A stretch of DNA of 53,607 nt, counting the filler, from Squatina squatina (taxonomy: Eukaryota): assembly GCA_031763465.1 (NCBI GenBank). It is 3 parts of 3 records of this genome, joined end to end, with 100 filler letters (N's around TTAATTAATTAA, not from the genome) between each part and the next. Parts side by side here need not be neighbours in the genome. Positions count along the whole stretch, not along the records: positions 1 to 21,645 come from JARFOE010000039.1; 2 more parts are not named here. One strand, written 5' to 3'. A program made the translations under genes and the position numbers. The notes under the pieces are model-generated. The model searched no databases and was not told where the DNA came from. It was given only the letters and a program-made list of their open reading frames with translations. This document shows positions 1-11,624 of this stretch, piece by piece (positions within the stretch are counted from its first letter, which is position 1; each line of letters begins with the position of its first letter).

Positions 1-79
1 CTCATTACAGGCATGGGCTGTCTCACCACAGCCATCTGTTCCATTCCACCCTCTCTGCTCGCTCAGCCCCAGTCTCGGA

Positions 80-440
80 CTTTTCTTTTATTTATTCACG
101 GGATGTGGGCAAGGCCAGCATTTATCACCCATCCCTGGTTCCTCTTGAGCGTTTTGTTACCACTGGGTGTCTTGCTGGCCTATTTCAGAGGGCAGTTAAG
201 AGTCAATCACGTTGGTGTGGGTCTGGAGTCACGTGTCGGCCAGACCAGATAAGGGCAGCAGATTCCCTTCCCTAAAGGACATTAGTGAACCAGATGGGTT
301 TTTACGACAATCACCATTACTGACACTAGCTTTTTATTCCAGATTTAATTAACTGAATTTAAATTCCCCAGCTGCCATGATGGGATTTGAGCTCACGCCT
401 CTGGATTACTAGTCCAGTAACATATTCACTTTGCTGCCGT
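80..440 (-). mobile_element. tRNA-derived SINE with LINE-like 3' tail (shark-type)
   Basis: Minus strand starts with a tRNA-like head (A/B-box-like 'ttactggactagtaatccagaggcgtgagctcaaatcccatc'). It ends in the tail seen on + as 'tttattc..gggatgtgggc..aaggccagcatttat', which recurs at 2730-2790 and 34425-34480. Confidence 0.6.
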
Positions 441-556
441 TGCTATCCTTAAGCTCTTTTAAGATATCTTTTCTATATCCCGCCCAGTGGTGTATACAGT
501 TCTGTGCTGTTTGTCTCCAGTTGCGCTTAACTGCATTCTAATTGCTTCTTGTACAG

Positions 557-716
557 GTCGGCTTTAAAGGGTTTCAGATTCTCCCAGAAAAGCAGGAGGA
601 GATTGTTGCTATTGAGTTTGAAGGAAAGGATTATAAGCTTGCCCATGGGTCTGTTGTCATTGCCGCTGTAATAAGCTGTACAAATAATTGTAATCCATCC
701 GTCATGCTGGGAGCAG
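557..716 (+). CDS. IREB2: Iron-responsive element-binding protein 2, internal exon (160 bp)
   Basis: Acceptor gtacag|, donor G|gtaaag. Translates [54 protein letters not shown]; the [10 protein letters not shown] motif is IRP2-type (IRP1/ACO1 has SCTNTSNPSV). Confidence 0.95.
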
Positions 717-1755
717 GTAAAGTATATATTTAAAATCAAACTAGTTTACAGTAAAATCACAATGGTTTCCTATCTAGAATTTCACACTCTCGGGGACAAG
801 GCATTGCTAAAGATTTGGGGTGGCCACTTTGTGTTTCTAGCACTAAGCGCAGAATTTCACACTGGAAATGAGACTGTTTAAAAATTTGCCTTGAACCCTC
901 CAATTAGCCACTTTAGATTTTGAGCGATCAAACACGTGCAAACTTTAATGTCAATGGGCCCATACTTAACTGAGCTTTTCGTGGTCAGCTTCAGCATGCA
1001 AATACCTCAGTTAGCTTAAGTGCTTCCACATATCTAACAGCCCACTTCATTGCTTAAAGCTGCTCTTCTCCCACACACAGAGCCACTGCTTAGGTCAGTT
1101 CAGGGGGAGGAGGAGGTCTGTACAGTGCTTGGGAGGTTGAAGGTCGAGGAAAGGAAAAATTGTGAAAAATGGAAGCCCCAGTCGCAGGTGGAGTGAGGGC
1201 ACCTNNNNNNNNNNNNNNNNNNNNNNNNNNNNNNNNNNNNNNNNNNNNNNNNNNNNNNNNNNNNNNNNNNNNNNNNNNNNNNNNNNNNNNNNNNNNNNNN
1301 NNNNNNNNNNNNNNNNNNNNNNNNNNNNNNNNNNNNNNNNNNNNNNNNNNNNNNNNNNNNNNNNNNNNNNNNNNNNNNNNNNNNNNNNNNNNNNNNNNNN
1401 NNNNNNNNNNNNNNNNNNNNNNNNNNNNNNNNNNNNNNNNNNNNNNNNNNNNNNNNNNNNNNNNNNNNNNNNNNNNNNNNNNNNNNNNNNNNNNNNNNNN
1501 NNNNNNNNNNNNNNNNNNNNNNNNNNNNNNNNNNNNNNNNNNNNNNNNNNNCATTACTCACCTGTGTGAACCTTGATTGTAAGAATTAGCAAACTGTTCA
1601 ACTACTGGGGGCAGCAGCACAGCTGTTCACCGTGCACTGGGGTGATCTTCGAAAGTTGGAGTTAAGACAAATGGTTTGGATAGAGGGGACTTCAGTCAGA
1701 ATTTGGGCAATACCTACCTGAGAGTACTGGGTCCTGAAAGAAAATCTTCCCTATG

Positions 1756-2185
1756 TCAGTCGTGGCTCAGTGGGTAGCACTCTCGCCTCTGAGTCAGAAG
1801 GTTGTGGGTTCAAGTCCCACTCCAGGGAATTGAGTACAAAATCTAGGCTGACCCTCCAGTACAGTACCGAGAGAATGCTGTACTGTCAGAGGTGTCGTCT
1901 TTCAGATGAGACATTAAACTGGGGTCTCGTCTACCCTCTTGGGTGGAGTAATAGATCCCATGGCACTATTATGAAGAAGCGCAGGGGAGGTTTCCCCGGT
2001 GTCCTGGCCAATATTTATCTCTCGTCACTAAAACAGATTATCTGGCCATTCTCACATTGCTGTTTGTGGGGCCACGTTTCCTGTATCCCTACATTTCCTA
2101 CAACCGTTACCACGCTTCAAAAAGTATTTCATTGGCTGTCAAGTGCTGAGGTCATGAAAGGTGCAATAGAAATGCCACTTTTTTT
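1756..2185 (+). mobile_element. DeuSINE (SacSINE1-like): tRNA head + Deu domain + L2-like tail
   Basis: Head tggctcagtgg...ggttcaagtcc (A/B boxes), followed by Deu-domain-like 'ctttcagatgagacattaaac...gatcccatggcactatt..gaagaag..caggggag..tcctggccaatatttatc' and tail 'tgaaaggtgcaatagaaatgc'. Confidence 0.8.
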
Positions 2186-2293
2186 TATGCAACATTGATA
2201 TTCCTGAATCTGATAACATCAGATGTGCACATAGATTAATTCTCCTCTTTTTCTGTAAAGCATGCTGATTCAATGTTCAAATATTTCCACCAG

Positions 2294-2429
2294 GTTTGCT
2301 GGCAAAAAAGGCCATTGAAGCAGGCCTGTCTGTTAAACCTTACATTAAAACCAGCTTGTCCCCCGGAAGTGGGATGGTGACGTATTACTTGAATGCCAGC
2401 GGTGTACTGCCTTATCTGCACAGTCTCGG
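2294..2429 (+). CDS. IREB2: Iron-responsive element-binding protein 2, next internal exon (136 bp)
   Basis: Acceptor ccaccag|, donor GG|gtaggt; phase-compatible with exon 557-716. Translates (G)[45 protein letters not shown]. Not present in the supplied ORF track. Confidence 0.95.
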
Positions 2430-2729
2430 GTAGGTGCTTTCAACTGCTCATGTCCGATTCAGCAATGAAGTTAAGGTGACTCTGAATTAATTTCTTCTGT
2501 GAAAATGAAAGTAAGGCAACACTTAATGCTTTTAGTGTATTTGCCACATTCTGGAGTAGATTTAAATCGCTGATTTGAGGGCAGCACACTTGTCACAGCC
2601 CTGAAGGATATGCTGCACATTTTCTAATTTAAAACATGCAATGAGTGAGACCTGATGGCGTGTTCACTAACCGTATAAGTGTTGAAAGCTATTTGTAACT
2701 CAGCTTGGTCAGCTGCAAAACCACGAGAA

Positions 2730-3028
2730 TTTTTTTTTTTGTATTTATTCCTGGGATGTGGGCGTCGCTGGCAAGGCCAGCATTTATTGCCCTTCCCTAA
2801 TTACCCCTCGAAGATGGTGATGAGCTGCCGCCTTAAACCGCTGCAGTCCGTGTGGCGAAGGTGCTCCCACAGTGCTGTTATGGAGGGAGTTCAGGATTTC
2901 GACCCAGCGACGATGAAGGAACGGCCGATATATTTCCAAGTCAGGCTGGTGTGGAAGGAAACTTCGAGGTGGTACTGTTCCCAAGCACCTGCTGCCTTTG
3001 TCCTTGTGGGTGGTTGAGGTCACAGGTT
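2730..3028 (-). mobile_element. 3' end of a CR1/L2-group LINE
   Basis: Poly-T run followed by the shared tail. Minus translation includes PFLHRRWVEILNSLHNSTVGAPSPHGLQRFKAAAHHHL, resembling a LINE ORF2 C-terminus. Related copy at 34425-34820. Confidence 0.65.
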
Positions 3029-3210
3029 TAGATTAAAGCTCATGGGATTGGGGCTAATGTTCTGACATGGATAGACAACTGGTTGGCAGACAGGAAACAC
3101 CAAAGAGTAGGAATAAACAGGTCTTTTTCCGAGTGGCAGGCAGTGATTAGTGGGGTGCTGCAGGGATCGGTGCTAGGACCCCAGCTATTCACAATATATA
3201 TTAATGATTT
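3029..3210 (+). mobile_element. CR1 LINE reverse-transcriptase fragment
   Basis: WLADRKHQRVGINRSFSEWQAVISGVLQGSVLGPQLFTIYIND matches the CR1 RT 'SGVPQGSVLGP' region; it runs into a gap. Confidence 0.9.
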
Positions 3211-3579
3211 NNNNNNNNNNNNNNNNNNNNNNNNNNNNNNNNNNNNNNNNNNNNNNNNNNNNNNNNNNNNNNNNNNNNNNNNNNNNNNNNNNNNNNNNNN
3301 NNNNNNNNNNAACAGAAGCTTTACATGAACAATGGATAAAACGCCCAAGTGCCTACCCTTGTGTGTTATTAGTTGGCATGTTTGTATTAGGATGAGGGCG
3401 AGTGTGAGGGGTGGCTAGTGAGAGGGGTATGTGATAATGTAGATAGAGAGGGCTGGGTGGAGGTTCAAGGTAAGTTGGTGTTAGTAAGGATGTGCAGGAG
3501 CAGGGTAGGGATGGCAGAGTGATGGGAATATGCTGAGAGGCACAGCAGGATGAGGTTGAGTGTGGCTTTTTACTAACAT

Positions 3580-3810
3580 TTCGTGATTTACCAGGATCAT
3601 TGAAACATTTATGGCACTGCACCCAGGTCCACCTGACCACATCTCGGCTTGTGCTCTCCTCTGCAATGTGCAACCAGGCTGTGTTGATCTCCTAGGGAGG
3701 TCTTCTCTGACCATGGGAAGGGAAGAGGACCTACCTGTGTGCTGTAACTCTCTCCATAAGCATATGGAGGGAGGGAGTCATGGGAGAGCCTGTGTGCAGC
3801 CCTGCACCTC
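3580..3810 (-). mobile_element. Degenerate Myb/SANT-like DNA-binding gene of a PIF/Harbinger-type transposon
   Basis: Minus strand, with a frameshift and stops: RAAHRLSHDSL/HMLMERVTAHR*VLFPSHGQRRPP*EINTAWLHIAEESTSRDVVRWTWVQCHKCFND. This fits the pattern RxxRFS..L..LF...AW..IA...RTWxQCxKxFND. Confidence 0.6.
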
Positions 3811-4400
3811 TGTGCAGTGCTCGTCAGTGTTTGCAGCACCTCAATGCTGTACAACACAAACAGAACAAACGTCAAAGTAAATTTGCGTATGGTCCCTTTC
3901 AGGAAACCTGCTGATGACACTTCTTCAAATGACGTCACCAGACCAGTTTCCTCTAATTGGCTGGGAAATGCACTGGGCGGGCTTAACAAACCCAATCAAG
4001 GTAAATTCATTCTGCACAGTGGCCTGGAACCGTTAGGGGGGGCCGGGCCTCGTCACTGACGTTGCCCGCTACGATTCGTAAAATCCAACCCTACACCTTT
4101 TCGACTCTGCTTTGCGACAAAATAATTCTAAGGATCTTTCCCTCCAAATTAATTGGATTGTGGATGGAGGAACAAACCTTGTAGGAGTTAGTCTTTATGG
4201 AATTTTGTCATGTAATTATATTTCATTATTTAGCAATTACTTCAGAAAAATAACTTAAGCTCACTACCAAGAACAAATCATTAACGAACAATCTTGCAAG
4301 TTTTGTAGTTCATATCAACACATTTGTAAAGTTTCAATCTGCATATTTTCTGAAATAAAATGTTCAAGTTGGCTCTTTTCAAAACAAGTGTTGAGCCATC

Positions 4401-4427
4401 TTTATTTTGAATGAGAGACAATTTATT
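4401..4427 (-). promoter_or_regulatory. Candidate polyadenylation signals for HYKK
   Basis: Two AATAAA on the minus strand (tttatt at 4401-4406 and 4422-4427), ~660 nt past the HYKK stop in AT-rich sequence. Confidence 0.3.
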
Positions 4428-4637
4428 GAATATTTCAAGCATCTTACAGATTTTTTTTTTAGCAAATCTCCATTTAATGTATTACTTAATATTCAACAGT
4501 CCTGCATTAATACTGCAAGTACATTACAATAATTTGCTTTTCTTTTAGCTGTACAGATTTTGTGTCACACAGTTCTTAATACATCGTAGGATAGTAGGAG
4601 AATGTTAAAGTTTTTTTCCAAATATAGTTTTCCTACA

Positions 4638-4825
4638 GTTAACATTGGAACTAACTAGATCATGGACAGAAGTACAGTTGTTTTGCAGGATTGCTATAAA
4701 AGCCTCATCGATGTCCTTCAGCAAAGGAGTGCAAGAGTAGTAGTCTCTGAGCTATTACCAGTTATGTCCAAATCGATGGAGAGGAATAGCCAAATCGTAG
4801 GGTTCAACATCTGGCTTCAGCATCC
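4638..4825 (+). mobile_element. CR1-type ORF1 SGNH/esterase domain relic
   Basis: VNIGTN*IMDRSTVVLQDCYKSLIDVLQQRSARVVVSELLPVMSKSMERNSQIVGFNIWLQH resembles the CR1 ORF1 esterase (VHIGTND...SRVVISGLLP...RN..I...N.WL); contains an in-frame stop. Confidence 0.65.
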
Positions 4826-5085
4826 GATCCTTTCTGAAACCCCAATTCATTGATAACTGGGAAGTGTTCACTGGACAAGATGATAAAGTAACAGAAAGGC
4901 AGGCATAAAGGGATTGAAAAATGGTTTAAAAGTCCAGCTAAATAATTTGTAACTTGAAGCACCTATAAAATTCCAAGCAGCGGACATATTCGTTGATTTT
5001 GTTTTCTCTGATTCCTCTCTAATAGTGCCATTCTTATCACAGAGGCTAATGTGCCTGAGCCAACACTGAAGCAACAGGGTCTACA

Positions 5086-5555
5086 TCAGGTGCAGTAGGA
5101 CTTGACTGTCTCAAAGCAAATCTTTTCTACTGCCTCTTTACCCAGTCCCCAGAGCTGGTGTAAATGCTTCCAGCCAGTTCTTCCTGTGGTCAGAAGGTAC
5201 TCTTCATTTTCTGGGTAAAGCAGAATATTGTATCTTGCCATAACCAGCGACTGAGAAAACCTGCAAAGAACCAGCAAAAACACAGCATCTCGCTCCTCGG
5301 GGGATAAAGGGGTCACACTCTCGAAGCCTGCGAGAACGTGGCCCCCAACATTGATGGGATCTGTGCTCTCGAGCATCAAATACATTATGGATATGGCCAC
5401 ATCATATATACAATAACCATAACTCATGTGACTGAAATCCAGTATACCAGAAATATCAAACTCCTGCTGTAGGCAAGTCAAGTCGGAGTGATCAGCTGAA
5501 GAATGAACAGGCTGTACCAGAATGTTGGTATGACTGAAGTCCCCGTGATTAATGC
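5086..5555 (-). CDS. HYKK: Hydroxylysine kinase (AGPHD1), last coding exon
   Basis: Minus acceptor tgtctttaacag| at 5556 and stop at 5086-5088. Translates (G)INHGDFSHTNILV...SGILDFSHMSYGY...VGGHVLAGFESVTPL...RFSQSLVMARY...YPENEEYLL...GWKHL, with the APH-family HGDxxxxN and DF motifs. Lies between IREB2 and PSMA4 as in human. Confidence 0.93.
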
Positions 5556-5974
5556 CTGTTAAAGACACAAGCATTGCAATATTTTATCATGCATAACTAA
5601 AGACAACACTTATATTCTAACTTAATATGTAGCTCTATTAAAAGTCTCGTTATATAGCACGTGCTTCTTAAAGCATCACACTTGCATTGTCACACACTAG
5701 CAGTCACAGTTTACCATCTGAATCAGTGTCAGCAATGCCACGGGAGGTTGGCTGGGAATACATTGAATCCCTTGGCCCTGGAATTCCAAAGGGGAGCCGG
5801 AGCAGAGGTTAAGTGGGACCCCCGCACCGGAGCGGGAAGAAGAGACGATTTGCAGCAAAACCTAGATCCTTCCGGATTCTACCCTGTTTAAATTGGCCCG
5901 AATTCCAGGTGGAGGGAGCAACAACAACCTGCATTTATATCGAGCCATTAACGTAGTAAAAGCTCCCAAGGCAT

Positions 5975-6753
5975 ACCCAGCCCAACTGGTCCTGCAAAGT
6001 CCTCCTCACTAACATCTGGGGACTTGTGTCAAAACTGAGAGAGCTGTCCTACAAAGTAGTCAAGCAACAGCCTGACATCGTCATACAGAATCATACCTTT
6101 CAGCCAATGTGTGGAGGACTTCAATGTCCATCGCCAAGAGGGGCTCGGTAGCACCACTACTGACCGAGTTGGCAGAGTCCTGAAGGACATAGCTGCCAGA
6201 CTGGGCCTGCGGCAGGTGGTGAGAGAAGCAACATGAGGGAAAAACCTACTTGACCTCATCCTCACCAATCTACCTGTCGAAGATACATCTGTCCATGACA
6301 GCATTGGTAGCAGTGATCACCGCACAGTCATTGTGGAGATGAAGTCCCATCTTTACACTGAGGAGATCCTCCATCATGTTGTGTGGCACTACCACCGTGC
6401 TAAATGGGATAGATTCAGAACAGATCTAACAGTGCAAAATTGGGCATCCATGAGGTGCTGTGGGCCATCAGCAGCAGCAGCAGAATTGCATTCCCCCACA
6501 TCCTGTAATCTCATGGCTGGGCATTCCCTCACTCTGCCATTGCTGTCAAGCCAGGGGACCAACCCTGGTTCAATGAGGAGTGCAGAAGAGCATGCCAGGA
6601 GTAGCAAAGGCATACCTAAAAATGAGGTGACAACCTGGAGAAGCTGCAACACAGGACTACATGCCTGCTGAACAGCAGAGCTAAGCAAACCCATACTTAA
6701 CGGATCAGATCATATCTCTGCAGTCCTGCCGTATCCAGTCGTAAATGGTGGTG
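5975..6753 (+). mobile_element. Degenerate LINE (CR1/L2 group) endonuclease region
   Basis: Broken reading contains NIWGLV..RLVKQQPDIVI, DFNVH, LGLRQVVRE.T.GKNLLDLILTN and SDHRTVIV (AP-endonuclease motifs). Confidence 0.75.
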
Positions 6754-6959
6754 NNNNNNNNNNNNNNNNNNNNNNNNNNNNNNNNNNNNNNNNNNNNNNN
6801 NNNNNNNNNNNNNNNNNNNNNNNNNNNNNNNNNNNNNNNNNNNNNNNNNNNNNAGATCTTCGGTGCAGATGTTTTCACCATTTGTTGCCGCAGGTTATCG
6901 CAGACATTAACTGGTTTCCTTTTTCTGTTCCCAGATTTTTGATCTAGTTTAAGAACACA

Positions 6960-6962
6960 ATG
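6960..6962 (+). CDS. PSMA4: Proteasome subunit alpha type-4, start-codon exon (exon 6935-6962; ATG is its only codon)
   Basis: Polypyrimidine tract + ccag| acceptor at 6934, a 28-nt exon ending ATG|gtgagt, splicing in frame to SRRYD. Confidence 0.8.
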
Positions 6963-7488
6963 GTGAGTGACTGAGATTTAACTGCACGCAAACTTAGATT
7001 TCATTTTAACAGAGAAAATATTTTCTATATTCCAGTGTAGTTACTGTGCAAACTTGAGTTATGGTGAGTGAAGGACTGCCAAAACTTAGGTAAAACTGCT
7101 AGATGAGAGTACAGTTGCTGCTACATGTTACTCACATTGAGTTGTAATTGCAGTGAGTTCGCATATGGAGCCCACCACCACCACTTTGCCATGGGATATG
7201 GGTTCTTGGTGGCTGTTGCAGACATGCCAAGCTTCCTATCTCTGTTACGCTGATGTAATCACCACTGTGGAGTTGCCCCGCAGTGAGGGAGGGTATTTCC
7301 CAGATGGTTTTTCACCCACTGGACACGATGTGGGAGCATGGTGCCTCAGCATTGGCTTTGTGGAAACCTCAAGGTAGAGGAGAAAGTGATTGGAGGGGAG
7401 GGGCGGAGAAGAGAGCCATGTCCTCATTTTAAAAGGTGTTATAAAATGTAATGTGTAATGCTAATCCTTACTTTGTTTGCCTTTGCAG

Positions 7489-7531
7489 TCTCGAAGATAT
7501 GACTCGCGAACGACCATATTTTCACCAGAAG
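7489..7531 (+). CDS. PSMA4: Proteasome subunit alpha type-4, 43-bp exon
   Basis: ctttgcag| TCT CGA AGA TAT GAC TCG CGA ACG ACC ATA TTT TCA CCA GAA G|gtgag = SRRYDSRTTIFSPE(G). Confidence 0.95.
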
Positions 7532-7544
7532 GTGAGGTTCCTGA

Positions 7545-7826
<282 letters not shown>

Positions 7827-8216
7827 TAAACTCTGACACATAATGAATGTATTGGCTTGTATTGAGGCAACCCGAGTTAAACGTGANNNNNNNNNNNNNN
7901 NNNNNNNNNNNNNNNNNNNNNNNNNNNNNNNNNNNNNNNNNNNNNNNNNNNNNNNNNNNNNNNNNNNNNNNNNNNNNNNNNNNNNNCCTGTTAATGAGTC
8001 TGTCATATTGTACAAGTTCGCTGTCTGTGAACAAATTGGGTTTCAGTCAAGACAGAGAGACATATTTCTCCTCAGTGTCCCAGATACTGGGCCAGGCCTG
8101 ATTGATAATCCATGATTTTGGCAGTAAGCGTGATACGTATGGGTTTATTCCTGCTCACTGTAACTGAACTATATCTTGCATGTTACTTAGCTGGTGCTGA
8201 TTTGTGTTTAAATGTA

Positions 8217-8540
8217 AAAAGAATTTGACAGGCTAGATACAGAGAAATTTCCTCAGACGGAGTAATTAAGAACAAGGGGACATAATTTTAAAATTGGAAC
8301 TAGGCCCATTCAGGAGCAAAATCAGGAAGCACTTTTTCACACAATGGGTAGTAGAAATCTGGAACTCTCTCCCCAAAAAGGCTGTGAATGTGGGGAGTCA
8401 ATTGGAGCTTTTAAGACTGTCAAGGGATATGGAGCAAAGCAGGCCAATGAAGTTGAGGTACAGATCAGCCACGATCTAATTGAATGGCGGAGCAGTCTCG
8501 AGGGTCTGCGTGGCCTACTTCGGTTCCTGATGTTCCTATG
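8217..8540 (+). mobile_element. CR1 LINE 3' end
   Basis: RTRGHNFK...RKHFFTQWVVEIWNSLPKKAV ORF2 C-terminus, followed by the 3' UTR 'gatcagccacgatctaattgaatggcggagcag...ttcctatg'. Confidence 0.85.
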
Positions 8541-9199
8541 AAACCTCTGGGCAGCATCATTCCAAAAACTAGCTCCAACCCCTGTCCTGAGTTAATTANN
8601 NNNNNNNNNNNNNNNNNNNNNNNNNNNNNNNNNNNNNNNNNNNNNNNNNNNNNNNNNNNNNNNNNNNNNNNNNNNNNNNNNNNNNNNNNNNNNNNNNNCG
8701 GGGAACCACCGACCTGAAAATCAGAGGGTTGTTGGGTGGGCATGTAATTAGTCTGTGCCAAGAGGCACCTGCATCACGAGGGGTACAGCTCAGTCCCCTG
8801 CCAGCTCGCACTGGTGGAGCTCTTCTCTGGTTTCAGAGCACCCTTACTGGAGGCCTAAGTAAAGGTAGGCTATCTTGCCCTACCCCCACACCCTAGGGCA
8901 GGACAGACAGGTGGCACAGCAAGAGTGTGGGAAGGGAGAGGAAACCAATTGGATGTAAAGGGAGTTTCTGATCGGAAACCTTATTCAGAACATTGAGTGG
9001 CATGTTGGGGGATTATTCTGAGTGGTGTACTGTTGGTGATTCAGCTTCATGAAACAATGCCTAAATAGTTTCCACTCATTCTGTAGTAGTTGTAATGGTT
9101 TTAAACATAGATCACCCAAATTATTGGCCACAAATATAACCCCCATCCCTTTCTCTGAGAATACGGCATATTACATCAAACCACAGGCAGCTGTTTTGG

Positions 9200-9297
9200 A
9201 ACTTCTTGGGGTTTTAGTGGACCGCTCACTAAAACCATTAGCACAATGTTCCCAGGATGTTGAGAAAGCAAACAGAATGTTGAGAAAAATAGCGAAG
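9200..9297 (+). mobile_element. Old CR1 ORF2 fragment
   Basis: LGVLVDRSLKPLAQCSQDVEKANRML resembles CR1 DLGVxVDxxLxxSxQCxxAVKKANxML. Confidence 0.65.
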
Positions 9298-11624
9298 NNN
9301 NNNNNNNNNNNNNNNNNNNNNNNNNNNNNNNNNNNNNNNNNNNNNNNNNNNNNNNNNNNNNNNNNNNNNNNNNNNNNNNNNNNNNNNNNNNNNNNNNTGG
9401 CCTTTTCCCCCATAGACTTATCCGTGCAGCATCTGCTCCCACTAATCCACCAGCAGAAGGTGGAATTGATGAGAAGAAGCCTGGGTAAGTCAGTTTTTCC
9501 ACTCCCACCAACTGCACACCCCCCGCCCCCTCCAGCTCCCATTCCTTGGCTGATGTTCCATTTGGCAGCCTCGCTCAGAACTGATGCAAGACACTCAGTG
9601 GAGGTGCACGAGCTGAAGTGACAGATGGCCAGGGAACTCAGACTCACACCGTCTCATTGTCAGTTGCCAGGTCAATCACGCACATTCTTATTGCTGAATA
9701 TTATGGACTGTTGCTTAATAGTGGTTGATGGATCTGCGAATAGTCTGTGGAATTGAATGGATTGAATTATGAGTGGATAGTTGGACTGTTGGCAGCAGAA
9801 TCCTGGCTGGAAACAACCTAGCATCAAATTAAAAAAATGAGAAAATGCAGAATTCATATAACTTTCCCAGACATCACAAGAATGTGTTTGCAGAATCGGA
9901 ATAGGAAATTCCCAAACACATGACGCTTGCCTTTCAAACTCCTCCTGGCCCTGAACAGAAGCACAAGCCTACGGAGGTGTTCGATTGTGTAGTGCTGCTT
10001 TCACATCAACACTAGTNNNNNNNNNNNNNNNNNNNNNNNNNNNNNNNNNNNNNNNNNNNNNNNNNNNNNNNNNNNNNNNNNNNNNNNNNNNNNNNNNNNN
10101 NNNNNNNNNNNNNNNNCTCAGATCTGTTCACGGAGCCAAACATGTTAAAAGATCCCAATATGCCTCCTGCTTCCTAGTTAAAAATTAATCCTATATTTTG
10201 GCCAGTGGAATCAGGTCTCCCAGCTCAGGTAACCTTTTCTGCCCACATCTCCTAGACAAGCTCTACTCTAGTTTATTTATAATGTAATTCATCAAATACC
10301 TCATCTCATCTGTTTGGTTTCACTAAAGGAAAAGGCTCTTTTTCCAACATAACAAAACCAGAGGTGACAATGAGCACTTCTCACTTCACGCTATCACAGG
10401 CTGCTGCATAAGAGTTGGGGTCTTCACCCCAGGATCCCATCACCATAGTCTGAGCAAGGGACTCGGCACACTTTGTCTCCTATTTACCCAGCTGCTAAAT
10501 GGGTATCTACAGGGGTGGAAAATGAATAGAAATTCCACATTAGTGACTGGTGTCTGCAGGAATTGCTCATTCCTGGCCCGGGGCCTATGAAAGGCAAATG
10601 GGCACTCCCCCTACAGCTGGCCTTTGATTAAGGTCTAGTGGTAGAAAACTTCTGACACACATCACCTGCACAATCTGGCAAACTATTTGCTCCATACTTT
10701 TAACTAATCATGTCACGTGGTGCACAAGAGACTTTTGCCTTAGAATGAAGAACAAGGTTATTTTCTTGTTCCAAATCTGTGCAATAAACAGGGACCTTGT
10801 GATAAGCATCTCAAAATTCATCCAATGAGTTCTTAAGTGAGCCAAGGGACCATGATAATTTTGGTGGCGTTCAGTACACCAGACATGTCCGGTTAGTGCT
10901 CATGGGCCACATATGTCCATTCTACGGAACCTCTGGAGCCCCATGCACAAATTAAATTTGATTAAATTTTTACTTTAAGTAGTTGTGCTTTGTAATTACT
11001 GCCTAATTAACAGATTCTCACCCATATTTTAGTGCGTGCTTCTGGCGTGACCCGTTACTTTCAGCAGCAAACAAAAATGAGTGAGCAGAGAGATGAGGAA
11101 AAATGTTGTTACCTTAACTTTGTTGGAGTACGAATTGGTTTGCCACATGGACTGGTTGAAACAAATTAGATAGATATTTGAAACAGAGGAAAGTACAAGG
11201 CCTCAGGGAGAGTGTGGGCTTCCCGTAGGGTGACTTCTGCAGTTGGGTACTTCTAGCAAGGAACAGAACTTGTAGGGAACACCGGACAGAAAATCCTGAG
11301 TGCGCAGTCCAGATTTTCCATTCATTTAAAAGAATGGATATAAAGCCAAATATTGTAGACCCGCATCTTCCCAGCCAGTATCCCCCGAGTGCGCCATTGC
11401 TCACTGGAGGAACCTGGCTGTTGAATCACACTTATTGTCCTTTAAGCTTTCTTAGTATCTGTTACACCATAAATTTTATGACTATGTCCACATTAACCTC
11501 TATGAATAGATATTAGTGTTTGTGACCACTTCACTGAGATGACTATTTCGGTAACACTGCGGTGAGGAAATACTGAATGGAAACCTGGTGCTTCATTGCA
11601 ATATTGGGGTGGGCAAGTGGGGAC

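Noticed and set aside
542-733. Standalone 63-aa ORF, or ACO1 assignment
   Set aside because: It is an internal exon with splice sites at 557 and 716; the SCTNNCNP motif and HYKK/PSMA4 neighbours indicate IREB2.
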